A stretch of DNA of 58,316 bases, the filler included, from Catajapyx aquilonaris (taxonomy: Eukaryota): assembly GCA_000934665.2 (NCBI GenBank). It is 3 parts of 3 records of this genome, joined end to end, with 100 filler letters (N's around TTAATTAATTAA, not from the genome) between each part and the next. Parts side by side here need not be neighbours in the genome. Positions count along the whole stretch, not along the records: positions 1 to 19,371 come from JYFJ02006487.1; 2 more parts are not named here. The stretch is one strand, 5' to 3'. Made by a program: the position numbers and the translations under genes. Shown here piece after piece: positions 1 through 10,529 of the stretch (its first letter is position 1; each line of letters starts with the position of its first letter). The notes under the pieces are model-generated. The model made no database searches. It worked only from the letters and a program-made list of their open reading frames with translations, and was not told where the DNA came from.

Positions 1-1358
1 ATTCATCTAGTTTCTCCCGCGAAAGAATGACATGACGTCACTTTCTCTAACAATTTCCATTAGAATATCGTGTATAAAATGTAACGTGCTCTGATGAGCT
101 GTAATGTACTGGAATTGAATCACGTCCATAGTAGCACGTGTATTAATATATTTACCACTCTCGCCACAGATAAGAGCGAGAATGTGACCCACGAGACAAC
201 AATTACACACCGTGGATTGAATAACAAGAATGTTTTGACACTTTTGGCGTTTCATATTCGCTTCTTGTTCCCTAAGAGGAGAGGAAAATGTTCATGGAGG
301 CCGGCAGTGAATGTAAACTGGAAGAAAAGTGAGAGAAATGATGGACTCCACTGTGCTGCTGCCTTGGAAGGAAGGGAAGAGGCGGCCGTGAACCTGATGG
401 GAAAATGATGTCTTGTCAACAATAGGGTCATATCCACTATGCAGCACTAAAAGGACTCCACCTGACTACCTACCAGAGACTGATACGGGGAGGGGGACAC
501 CATTAATAGGGAAATGAACATTCCCACAGCAGAAGTCAATCAAATACACAAGGGTTTGCACAACCAGTCACATTGCAACAATTCAATGCATTATGGATGC
601 CTTGATGGACATCATATAGGAATGGTCAGTTTTCTGCCTGAGACAAGTCAAGATATCTTTAGGACGAAATGGTGACAAAACAATTTCTGCATGTTCATTA
701 AAAGGCACTAATGGACATGAGACAATAAGAAATTCCATATAATTCATTATTATTATGCAATATGTAAGCTTCCATTATTTGTCAATAACATAAAAAATTG
801 CACTCAATTACCAGTGTCATGATCAATGACCAGCTCTCAACAGTCATTACCATTGCAGCACGAATATCCCTGGGGTATCCCATCCTATGTTCACAAATGC
901 AATGAAGATGAAAAGGATATTAGGCTATCCATATAGGGTGATGTACAGTACTCTGTACATCCAAATGCCCATGTATTCACATGCAAAAAATATATATATT
1001 ACTGTCCCAAAGAGGTCCTCTGAATATTCAGCTATATCTAGGAAAGCACATTTCTGAACCAATTCCGTGGATAGCATGTACGCAAGCGTGACAGAAATAT
1101 GGATACAAAATTATTTTTAATTAACATTCCTGTGCCCATAATAATGATCACGACACAGAAAATAATAGCACCACGCTCCAATTAACCTCAATATTTCGCT
1201 TTGGATGAGTCTGCCAAAAAGAGCGAAAGAAAATACCCAGAAACACCACTCCACAGGACGATGGAAACTGCCACGCAGTAAAAACAACCATGTTGGAAAG
1301 AACTTGATGTCTTTGTGCCAGTAAATAATCATTTACTCTCATGAACATAACGATATTT

Positions 1359-1704
1359 GGGGGAGGTGTGGTGGCCGTGATGGTAACGTCTCGGCTTGCT
1401 GAGTGAAAGGCCCCAGGTTCGATCCCCGCCTGGGGAACTTTCCTTTCACCTGCGTCAGAAGGGTCTCTGACCTGCACCAAGGAGGTGTCTGGCAACCTAA
1501 CCTCCTGGGGAACAGCACATGACCCGTTTTCAGACGTGCACCTTGCACCCATGTTCCCTCCCCAAAAATCCCCTATCCCTTCCCCATGTCCTTTCATCCT
1601 TGCACCGGAGTGAAGAAGAAAAAATAGAAAATTGAAGAAAATGGTGGTATCCCACCCCCCTATAAGGACCCATGGCCCTAGCACGGGGTAACGTATAAAA
1701 AAAA
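1359..1704 (+). mobile_element. tRNA-derived SINE, full length
   Basis: Pol III A-box-like GTGGCCGTGATGG (~1371) and B-box GGTTCGATCCC (~1416); ends in an A-run (1696-1706); flanked by a 15-bp TSD with one mismatch, AACATAACGATATTT (1344-1358) / AACATATCGATATTT (1705-1719). Confidence 0.85.
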
Positions 1705-2406
1705 AACATATCGATATTTTACACCGAAATTGAAAAAAAAAATTATATTCATGTTTATAAAGATGTAGTACTTGACATTCACTTGCTGTGCACTGAGATT
1801 ATAGCGAAATATACGTGTCAGATTCAATACACCTCTATATGATATGCTTTATTTCATATAGTTATTACTTCACATGAAGAGAGTTTGGTTGATAATCATT
1901 ATTATTGCAGCGTGGTGTGGTGGCGGCGATTGAGCATTTGATTGATAAAATCAGGTATGCTTGGGCCAGAAAGGAGGATTGCCTTTAAGTGACACTGGAT
2001 GTACGAAATGCCTTCACTGGCATTTTGGATGCCAGGAGCCTTTGAGAGCCAGGTTGCCCCAATGTTTTAACCAAAATGATTGAGAACTTTTTGGGTCCTA
2101 GAGAAATGCGACTCATGGACCATACTTTTAATATGATGAGGGACCGCATTATTTTCCAAGATGCAGGATTCTGAAACAATATTACGAATAGCTACGAGCT
2201 TTACCTTGGTTGTAAAGTGGGTGACCAAGTACTGGGACTCTCACATTTCTTGTGTTACCTGCGCTACGCGTCTCACGGAATGGACGAGTGGTTCTCGCCA
2301 TACCCACTTCTTATTAGAGTACAATGTGATAGAGCCGAAAGACAACTGCAGAGGTGGGGGAGGATGGCTGGAGAGCGACAATAAGCGCCTGAAGCAACAG
2401 TCAATG

Positions 2407-5011
2407 TTTGTTGTTTTTGTTTAATTGCTTTATTTATCCTTTGTAGGCCTGCAGCACATGCCGCTTGGCCGACCCTCCTCCTCCTTCACATGATTATATT
2501 TACATTTACATAATTCCTTCTACATTTACATTTACATAATTTCATTCTCACTCAACCCCTGTCTCTCCAAAATTGCATCCCTCCTCTTTTTCACCACACC
2601 ATACAAATATTTACACAAAGCTCCCCTTTTTTTTACATTCTTTACAATCCCATACACCTCTTCATCCTCCATACCTTCCACTGCCGGTATCCATTTCCTC
2701 CTCTCCTCCCTCATCACCCTGCAGTCCCTCACAATGTGACCCATATTCTCCTCCCCCTCCACACACAATAAACAGTTCCTCTCCGTTTCTCACAGCCACG
2801 ACCAGCTAGCCCTGCACAGTGTCCCACATCTTAGTTTCGCCAACACCTTCAAAAATTGTACATTTCCTCTGTCCAGATAATGGTCTTCTTCTCTCTCTAT
2901 CTGTACAAATCTGTAGTCGGGCCAGTTGGTCGTGTTGGCAATTCTCTCCTCCCTCTCCTTGCATTGATCATCCTCTCCCTCAGTTCCTTCCCCCACGAGT
3001 CCCATCGTTCTTGCCAGCCGGGTGCAGCTCCCTCCTAAAGTTGATGCCAAAATCGAAACGAGGAGATGGTTGCGGGCTCGGCCGCCAGATGCGGAAGAGG
3101 CAACATCTAGTCCTGTTTTTCTGGAAGCGCATATGGTCTTGCATTACTACTACGTTCATTTTTCTGCTAATATGTGACAGAAAAAACTGAAATTGGTGCC
3201 CGATGTGTTCCTACTACATTCATTCAAATGTCGTAATTGTATTCAACTACGATCTACGGACTTGTCATGCCAAAATAAATATCCAAGTCAATACCGTACC
3301 TTTCAGTAGCGGCGCGGATTTCAGTTCCCGCCGCCCAGACGCGTACCAAGATGGATGTAGTACTGTACCGTACTGTACATACAATATGATATAAATGAAT
3401 TATGATAGAATAAATGAGTTGACCCTTTTGAGTAAACTGAAATAATCATTAGTTTATTATACCTACTATTTTATAGACTTGATATAGGCTACACACTGTA
3501 CGCACTACTCAACCTATTTTTGGTGAATATATTATTATGATCGCATAGTAGACGGCGGGAATTCTCTTTCCCGTCGATTCCACATCCATGTTCGCCTGTG
3601 TGATATCATATATTTACCAATCCACAATATAGACATCGTGACCAATCTGATGAAGAATGTCTCACATGTGACATCGGGTGCTCAGCACCTCATGCACCTG
3701 GAATCAATTTCTCCGAAGATGGTCGGGCTGGAGGAAGTTAGAAATTCCCCGGGCTCCCAGAAGGCAGTGAATCAGCCCCTTACACTCGAGTGCCATATTA
3801 TTCAAACCGCATGTTTCAAAGAAATTATACCCCGTTATGGACATTTGCCTACTCTTAGATCAGCTCGGCTCTCACTCTTAATCAGGCTCTTAATAAACAA
3901 TCTAGTCTAACACTTCTTTCGGGACAGATAGCATGGAATGTTTTTTTTTTAACGTAGCACTTACACACCTAGACTTGCACACAACAATTGATGTCTTCTT
4001 GTGGGACTTGCGCAATTAATGGTAATGTCTTTAATTACTGTATCACTTTGTCTCCTTACACTGTTTTGACTTGCTATATCAAGGTCTAAGATATACTCGT
4101 ATATGTGATGTGCAGTAAACAAAACTATCACATTTTCACTGCACCTGACGCTAAACCACAGGGAGACGAATTCCATCGCAAACCTGCAATAATCCTACAC
4201 CAGGCAAACTTACTGTTAGTATATACAACATGAACACAAGCTGAGACATACAAGTGAGCCACATGCCACACAGCTGAGCAGTAAACCTGAGCCGGCTGGA
4301 CAGGGTCTTATTTCGATATGAAAGCATCCCCATATGTGAGTACTTACGTAAGAAAAAAGGCTGCAATACCATTTCACACAATAGCACGTACCTGCTGCTT
4401 TCTTCCTCAAAGAATTTTACCGGGTTTAAGTCGCTGCAGACGCCGATTAGGTCAACATTAGCAATAACTCCCGCATGCATCTGCTGTGATCAGCTGTTAA
4501 AACAGGACTAGATGCTCACCGTAAGGGCCTCTGGCGGGAGTCGACCGAACTAACATCTCGGTTGGTTTCGGGCATCAAGTCTCTAGCATTGCGGGATAGG
4601 GTAGTTTCTCCACCGTTTCTCTTTCCACCATGGTTCTTGCCAAGTTTGCCTTTGCCACTCCTCGTCATGCTCCACCCCCCATTCGTGTTCCTTCTTCCTC
4701 ACGTCTTCCCACCAGGCATTTTTACTAGCTCCCTCCCTTTCCTTCTTCATCTCATCCCATATCCTTCGCAACAGTCTGTCTTCCCCTAACCTTTCCATCT
4801 TCATGATCCACCTAACTGCCCTTTCTAATGCCGCCACTTCCACCTCCATCATTCTTGTCTCCGTCAGTACAATGTACCCCAGAGTATTCTGGGCCACTCC
4901 GAGCCACCTCTTGAGGAACCCCAACTGCACACACTCCACTGCACGTCCCACCTTCCACGCCCACACCTCGGCTCCCTGCAGTAGGATCGTTCTCACCATG
5001 CTACTATACAT
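2407..5011 (-). mobile_element. 5'-truncated non-LTR retrotransposon (RTE-X-like ORF2 C-terminus), split by a nested insertion
   Basis: ORF pieces 4583-5014, 2790-3050 and 2532-2768 align with the C-terminal half of the 6307-7662 ORF (ILLQGAEVW, GYIVLTET, KVLAKLRCG, CVEGEENMGHIVRDC). The two halves join at TGGCAAGAAC. The whole unit is bounded by a 12-bp TSD, CAACAGTCAATG (2395-2406 / 5012-5023). Frameshifted. Confidence 0.88.
3015..4632. mobile_element. Non-autonomous DNA element nested in the LINE (CA...TG ends, 8-bp TSD; hAT/P/Zisupton-like, superfamily uncertain)
   Basis: Direct repeat GTTCTTGC at 3007-3014 and 4633-4640 (extendable to 10 bp, GTTCTTGCCA). Ends are CAGCCGGG...CCACCATG. 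Imperfect subterminal inverted repeats ~3041-3090 vs ~4530-4580. No convincing ORF. Confidence 0.75.
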
Positions 5012-5090
5012 CAACAGTCAATGACCATCGTCTTTCGACGTTTTAAAAACTTTCTTCCTTAAGTCACATCGTTTCTCTACAGTTATTATC

Positions 5091-5094
<4 letters not shown>

Positions 5095-5157
<63 letters not shown>
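5095..5157 (+). repeat. (AAT)n microsatellite
   Basis: Pure AAT tandem run. Confidence 0.95.
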
Positions 5158-5159
<2 letters not shown>

Positions 5160-6166
5160 ATTACAGTGTCCACATGTACAAGCCGCAGCCATCTTCAAAG
5201 TCCTTCTCCCTTTCCAGATAAACCTACTCCATCTAGCAACCATATAATAGACTATTCCACCGCAGTTATGAGACAGTAAGTGATGTTTCTGAGCCCGCTA
5301 CATTTTAGTATGTCACATAAGAATCCCATCTTCCTCTGAAAACTGTGGCATTACATGACAATGACATTGGTAAAGAATAATTGCAACTTTCAACGAGGTG
5401 GTGTAAATAATTAGGATACACATATTTCATTTCACTCTAAATTCTATAATTTTCCAGCATCGGATTGAAAAGATATCATTGCACAGCTGCCCCTGACAAC
5501 TGACCCTGCTGATTGCAGGTATTTTCAGTCAATCAGCTGTGGGATAAAAAGAGTCAACATATATTTCTAAAGAATTCACTGCTGTAATCTGAATCAATAA
5601 AGCCTTAATTTTCACGCATATTGTCTTCTGGAGAATATGAACTAATAGTGGTAGTAGTTATTCGAAGGCCCATGAGACAGCCAGGGATTAGACCACCTGA
5701 CTCCACAGTCACCCTCAGGAGCCCACAACAACAAATGGGCTCCTGATTTACCTTACAGACGCAACCTCCTGGACAACCTCAGCATCAGAGGTCTACAAAG
5801 AGCACCCCCAAGCCTATACTGTAGTGATATCATTCTTGTTGAGTGGATTTTACAGTTTTGCATGAGTTATGTAATGAAGGTAACTTTATTTTTATCACGG
5901 ATGTAGTTGAGGAGGCACGTTGCTTTTTATTGTAACCATTAACGTAGTGCTTATCAACTTCACTTCATGGCACTACAAGGACCTGATAAAATACTCCTCA
6001 AGAAAACGAAGACGGACGCATCAGAGTATATACTATGGTGAAGAATTAAGCAGGCCTCGACATCGTTTTCATAACACATCTTGAGCCAAAGAATGCACGG
6101 AACTGGATATGATCTCTTCTTTGACTTGTGAGAAGTTTGCTCCAAATACACGTTTACCAATCTATC

Positions 6167-7674
6167 ATCATCATCATCATCAGCTTTATTTATTTCATTA
6201 GGTCGGCTGCAGCAACTGCCACTTTGCCGACCTAGCACATCAAAACATCAACACATCAAAAACATCATCATAACAAAATTTAAGCAAAATAACAACTACA
6301 ACAAATTTAACTACATCTCACACATGAACCCTGACTACAAACAACCTTATCTCTTCGTTTATTAACAAGCGCATGAAGATACCGACACAGCCCCCCTCTT
6401 TTCCTAACATCTAGTAACATCGAATACATCTCCTTTATATCTTTAACTCTTTCCACGCTCTGAAGCCATACCAGTCTCTCTCCATCCATGATCTTACAAT
6501 CCTTTATAACATGCAACAAATTCTCCTCATCCTCCCCACATAAATAACATTTCCTTTCATCGTCCCCTAACCATTTCCAATTACTTCTTGTGAGCGTTCC
6601 ACATCTAAGTTTTGCCAAAACCTTCAGAAATTTCACATTACCCCTTTGCAGATAGTCCTCTTCCCCTAACTCAATTTTCAGGTACCTATAATCCGTCCAA
6701 TTTTCTGATGAAGTAATTCTAGCCCACCTTTCTGCAACCTTTCTGTCTTTTAGCTTATCTAGTAATCCACTCCTCTTTTCCTCCCAAGTCAACCTCTGCC
6801 ACTCTTCATCGTCTTCAACACCCCATTCCCTTTCTTTTAATTTTAAATCCTTCCACCATAACTGATCTTCCCCACTCATCCTCTTCATCTCCATCCATAT
6901 CCTCCCCAACAAAGTGTCTTGATTCATATTATCAATTTTGGCCAACCAGCGCAATGTCCCGCCTATTGCCGCCACCTCTACCTCAACCATACCAGTTTCC
7001 GTCAGTACAATATACCCTGGAGTATTTTTGGACAGCCCTAGCCAACGCTTTAAAAACCCCTCCTGAACACTCTCTAATGCAGCCCCCACCTTCAATCCCC
7101 AAATCTCCGCCCCCTGTAGAAGAATGGTTCTTACCAAGGCATTGAACAAACTCTTAACCACTCCCCATTGCTCAATTTTTTTCTCCCTACATATTCTTCT
7201 CACATTTTCCAACCCCATACAAGCTTTCCTTCTTAGATATTTGATATGTTCACAAACCTTCCCATTTGTAGTAAACCAATAGCCCAGATACTTGTATTTA
7301 CAAACCTCTTCTATCAGTTCCCCTTTCCAATACCACTTGTCCTTTTTAGACATCCTCCCTCCATTTCTAAAAACCATGACTTTTGTCTTATGAACGTTCA
7401 GTGTTAAAGAATTAATCTCCAAATGTTTCTCCACCTGCTTTATCATAATACTGAGCTGTTCTCTCTCTTCAGCCACCATTACCATGTCGTCAGCGAACAT
7501 AAGCCCCCACACCTTTTCACTTCCCAACCATACTCCTCCCGAGTTCTCCCTTTCTAACATTTGCAACCAATCATTAACATAAAGTATGAAAAGTAGAGGG
7601 CTCAACGGACAACCCTGCCTCACTCCTTTTGTTGTCCAAAATATCCTCCCCTTTTTCCCCACCCTGACGGATAG
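6167..7674 (-). mobile_element. 5'-truncated LINE insertion (RTE-X-like) with TSD and (TGA)n tail
   Basis: 13-bp TSD TTACCAATCTATC (6154-6166 / 7675-7687). The 3' end has a stem-loop, AATAAA and a (TGA)n tail. Contains the uninterrupted RT ORF 6307-7662. Confidence 0.92.
6307..7662 (-). CDS. Reverse transcriptase (C-terminal part of LINE ORF2) with C-terminal CCHC zinc knuckle; lacks its native start
   Basis: Non-LTR RT motifs GVRQGCPLSPLLF, LMFADD, KTKVMVF and YKYLG; TPGYIVLTETG region; CYLCGEDEENLLHVIKDC knuckle. Clade assignment (RTE-X) is inferred from motif style only. Confidence 0.9.
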   Translation of the reverse strand: MGKKGRIFWTTKGVRQGCPLSPLLFILYVNDWLQMLERENSGGVWLGSEKVWGLMFADDMVMVAEEREQLSIMIKQVEKHLEINSLTLNVHKTKVMVFRNGGRMSKKDKWYWKGELIEEVCKYKYLGYWFTTNGKVCEHIKYLRRKACMGLENVRRICREKKIEQWGVVKSLFNALVRTILLQGAEIWGLKVGAALESVQEGFLKRWLGLSKNTPGYIVLTETGMVEVEVAAIGGTLRWLAKIDNMNQDTLLGRIWMEMKRMSGEDQLWWKDLKLKEREWGVEDDEEWQRLTWEEKRSGLLDKLKDRKVAERWARITSSENWTDYRYLKIELGEEDYLQRGNVKFLKVLAKLRCGTLTRSNWKWLGDDERKCYLCGEDEENLLHVIKDCKIMDGERLVWLQSVERVKDIKEMYSMLLDVRKRGGLCRYLHALVNKRRDKVVCSQGSCVRCS

Positions 7675-9879
7675 TTACCAATCTATCTAATACAGAGCTA
7701 TGACTGGACAAGTTCGTATTGAGCAGAAGTGTGTTAAAACACAAAATATGCAAAACATCTTACAGATTATATCCTCATGCTGTATCAATATCATAAAATA
7801 CAGTGCAGTGGGGGAAACTAAGAAACACCACCAGAGAAAATATCAATTTGTAAAGGTAGCATCATGGCCTACTCATTTTTGAAATAATCAAAATGGAGCA
7901 AAATAATTGTCAGTAAAGTAAATATTGGTCCACAGTTAGAATGTGTGTAACAGTGTACAACTCAAACTGTACAAAGACAGGACATAACAAAAGATGCTAT
8001 TTTCATGTCTTACGCCGACGCGCATTTTTTGCCCTGCCAGGATACTGGAAATGACCAAGACACTTCAGACACTCCAAGTCTGGCCGGGCCATAATGTCTG
8101 GTAACTGCATCACACAGCTCACTTCTCATGATACCATATGTACCATATGCACTTCCTAGCCCTACTGTACTACACCAAGAGCTTGACTACACCATCATTA
8201 ACAAACACACAACACAACAAATAACATCAAGCAGGATAGAGGAATTAAAGATGATGCACATCTATTCGATCCCAGACAATGTTAAGGTAATAGCAGTACT
8301 CCTCAGTGCATTATTGATCACACCTAATTAATACCCCAGTTAATAATATTATTTACAATCTATTCCCATGCAATATGATTGCCATGAAATGCAGGTGATC
8401 CTACAATGAAGAACCAGTAGAGAAAGTCAGCATATTTTGCTAATTTCCAATGGCCTTGAAAGATTAAGTTACATGTAGAATTTCAAAATACTAACTGCAT
8501 ACCCTTGCTAGTGTGTGGCAGAGGAAAAGCAATGATTGATTACTTCTACCTTACATCAGACATGTGTAAATATGCCATGAAATGAACCAATCCCCTAATG
8601 AAGAGCTCAATGTTCAGGCAGCCAGAAGATTGAGATCCTGTCAAAGGGCAGGAGTCAGATACTGACTGCTTCTCCAAAGAGACCCCACTCAAGACACCAC
8701 ACTGCACCATCCGGAAGACCCAGTGAAGAAAATGCACCTTCTAATCATCATTATAATGAACATTAGAAATATATTCAAGTGGTGTCAATTTATCTTATTA
8801 CCTACTCGGGAATTTCATGTCATGGTGTTGTATGCATTATATAAGGGCCATGATACTTAACCTACCCTGCTTGATTCATATGGTGACACCTTAGGAAAAT
8901 GAGGGATCATGCATATGAAAACGACAGAATCTGATAGCTGTAAGTGCAGCATAGTAAGTTAATAAAGTGGTGTATTGAAAACATTGCAACACTGACGGAA
9001 GGACATTGACAAAGGAAAGTGAATCATATATCCTGCCATTATTATTCTCATTATTTTCCTCAATATATTGTCTAATGCATAATACATGCACATGAAAGTG
9101 AAGGTTTGCTGTTAAATTTTCCTGAGTAACATGTATCAGGCAGAGGTAAGCTATATATCTTAGACACATGAATCTCAAGTGCGAAGTGTCCATCAGACAG
9201 GCAGCTTCTACACTAAAACATATACAGACAGAAAAATAATATTGCTGGCTCAACAGTGGCCATGTGTTCAGATTAGTCAAACAATCATATTATCATCATA
9301 TTAAATTACGTAGGCCTACCTCAGAAATGTAAATTCTGTTTAGTAAAGAAGTCAGCCACTTGGGAGTATCCAGATTCGATAATAAAAACATGAGGATATA
9401 AGAGGAGATTGCACTCTGACTATATTTTTTCATGCAGACTATTCCTACCAACCAATATCAATTGCCAGCCACTAAAAACCACTTTGAAATGATTGAAGTA
9501 ATTCGCAATACAACTTGGGGGAAAAGACTTCAAAAACAGTATGGCATCAGCTTAGGAGATATGGCCACTATATCAACGCTGATCCTGCCATTATTAGTAG
9601 ATGAAACTACTGCCGACAAACCTCTCTTGATCAATGGATAAACAAAGATCGACGAGAACCCATAATGCATTTAGCATATTATTGCAAGAAGAGCCAGGAG
9701 AAGATGGAGCTGAAGCGACTGATGCTGCAGGCGCTGGATGAAAGGAGAGACTAGAACAACATGTCGAAATCATAGCCAATGATAACCACAAAGCGACGCA
9801 ACTCTAGACCCTTCTATAGTTAGAGTGTAATAAGTATACTTGCTGGTTATTACTGCAGGAAATTTGTTGCCAATAACAT

Positions 9880-10335
9880 CACACTGTGTGGCACAAACCT
9901 ATAGATCCGCCCCGGCATTGCCCCTCGGCCGACACCAGCTTGGAGACCCGGGGCCGAACCAGGGGCCGAACCAGGGGCGAACATCCTCTCCCTTCCGTTC
10001 CATTCTGCCGAGTGGGCGAAAAAAGGCGGACAGGGTTGGAAACAATGGACATGCCACTCTCCAACACCAGCAGGATCCTCGGCACCTTATTTCCCACCCT
10101 ACACACTGTGACGTCACCCAATCCGATGTATCGATACTGGGCCGATGTATCGTTGCCAATATATCGATACATGTCGGCCATTTTGTGTGTTCTATTCGCC
10201 TCACTTTCGTGTGAAGGGAAGGTCGGCTGGGTGGCTTCTGGGTGGATTTGGAGGGGGTCTCACGTACTGGGGCGGCCTAGGGGTGGCCCCGGGGCGATTG
10301 GGGTAACACGGGGAACATGGGGGCACACAGCTGTG
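9880..10335. mobile_element. GC-rich putative non-autonomous DNA element
   Basis: Imperfect terminal IR CACACTGTGTG / CACACAGCTGTG; 12-bp tandem GGGGCCGAACCA (~9950-9982); ATCGAT-rich block ~10124-10172; no clear TSD. Confidence 0.4.
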
Positions 10336-10529
10336 GTTGGTATTAGGGAGGAGTCTTGTCCACTCTAGGAATATAGTCAAAGGAAGGTGATCAAAGGTAT
10401 TTCTATATGACATTTTTATTAGTGTCATCGACTCACCGTATCCTTCTATACGTGGCATGCCAACATTTTCTCAAGTTGGGAACTGCGTCGTTTTCATGCT
10501 TACGGAATCCTCATCATCCACTTGTCTGA

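Noticed and set aside
1366..1435. Possible tRNA genes (also ~41232-41305)
   Set aside because: A/B boxes are present but are followed by a long body, A-tail and TSDs; these are SINE heads.
1985..2179. ORF with an acceptor-like site and a basic, targeting-peptide-like tail
   Set aside because: No recognisable homology and no partner exons; cannot be supported.
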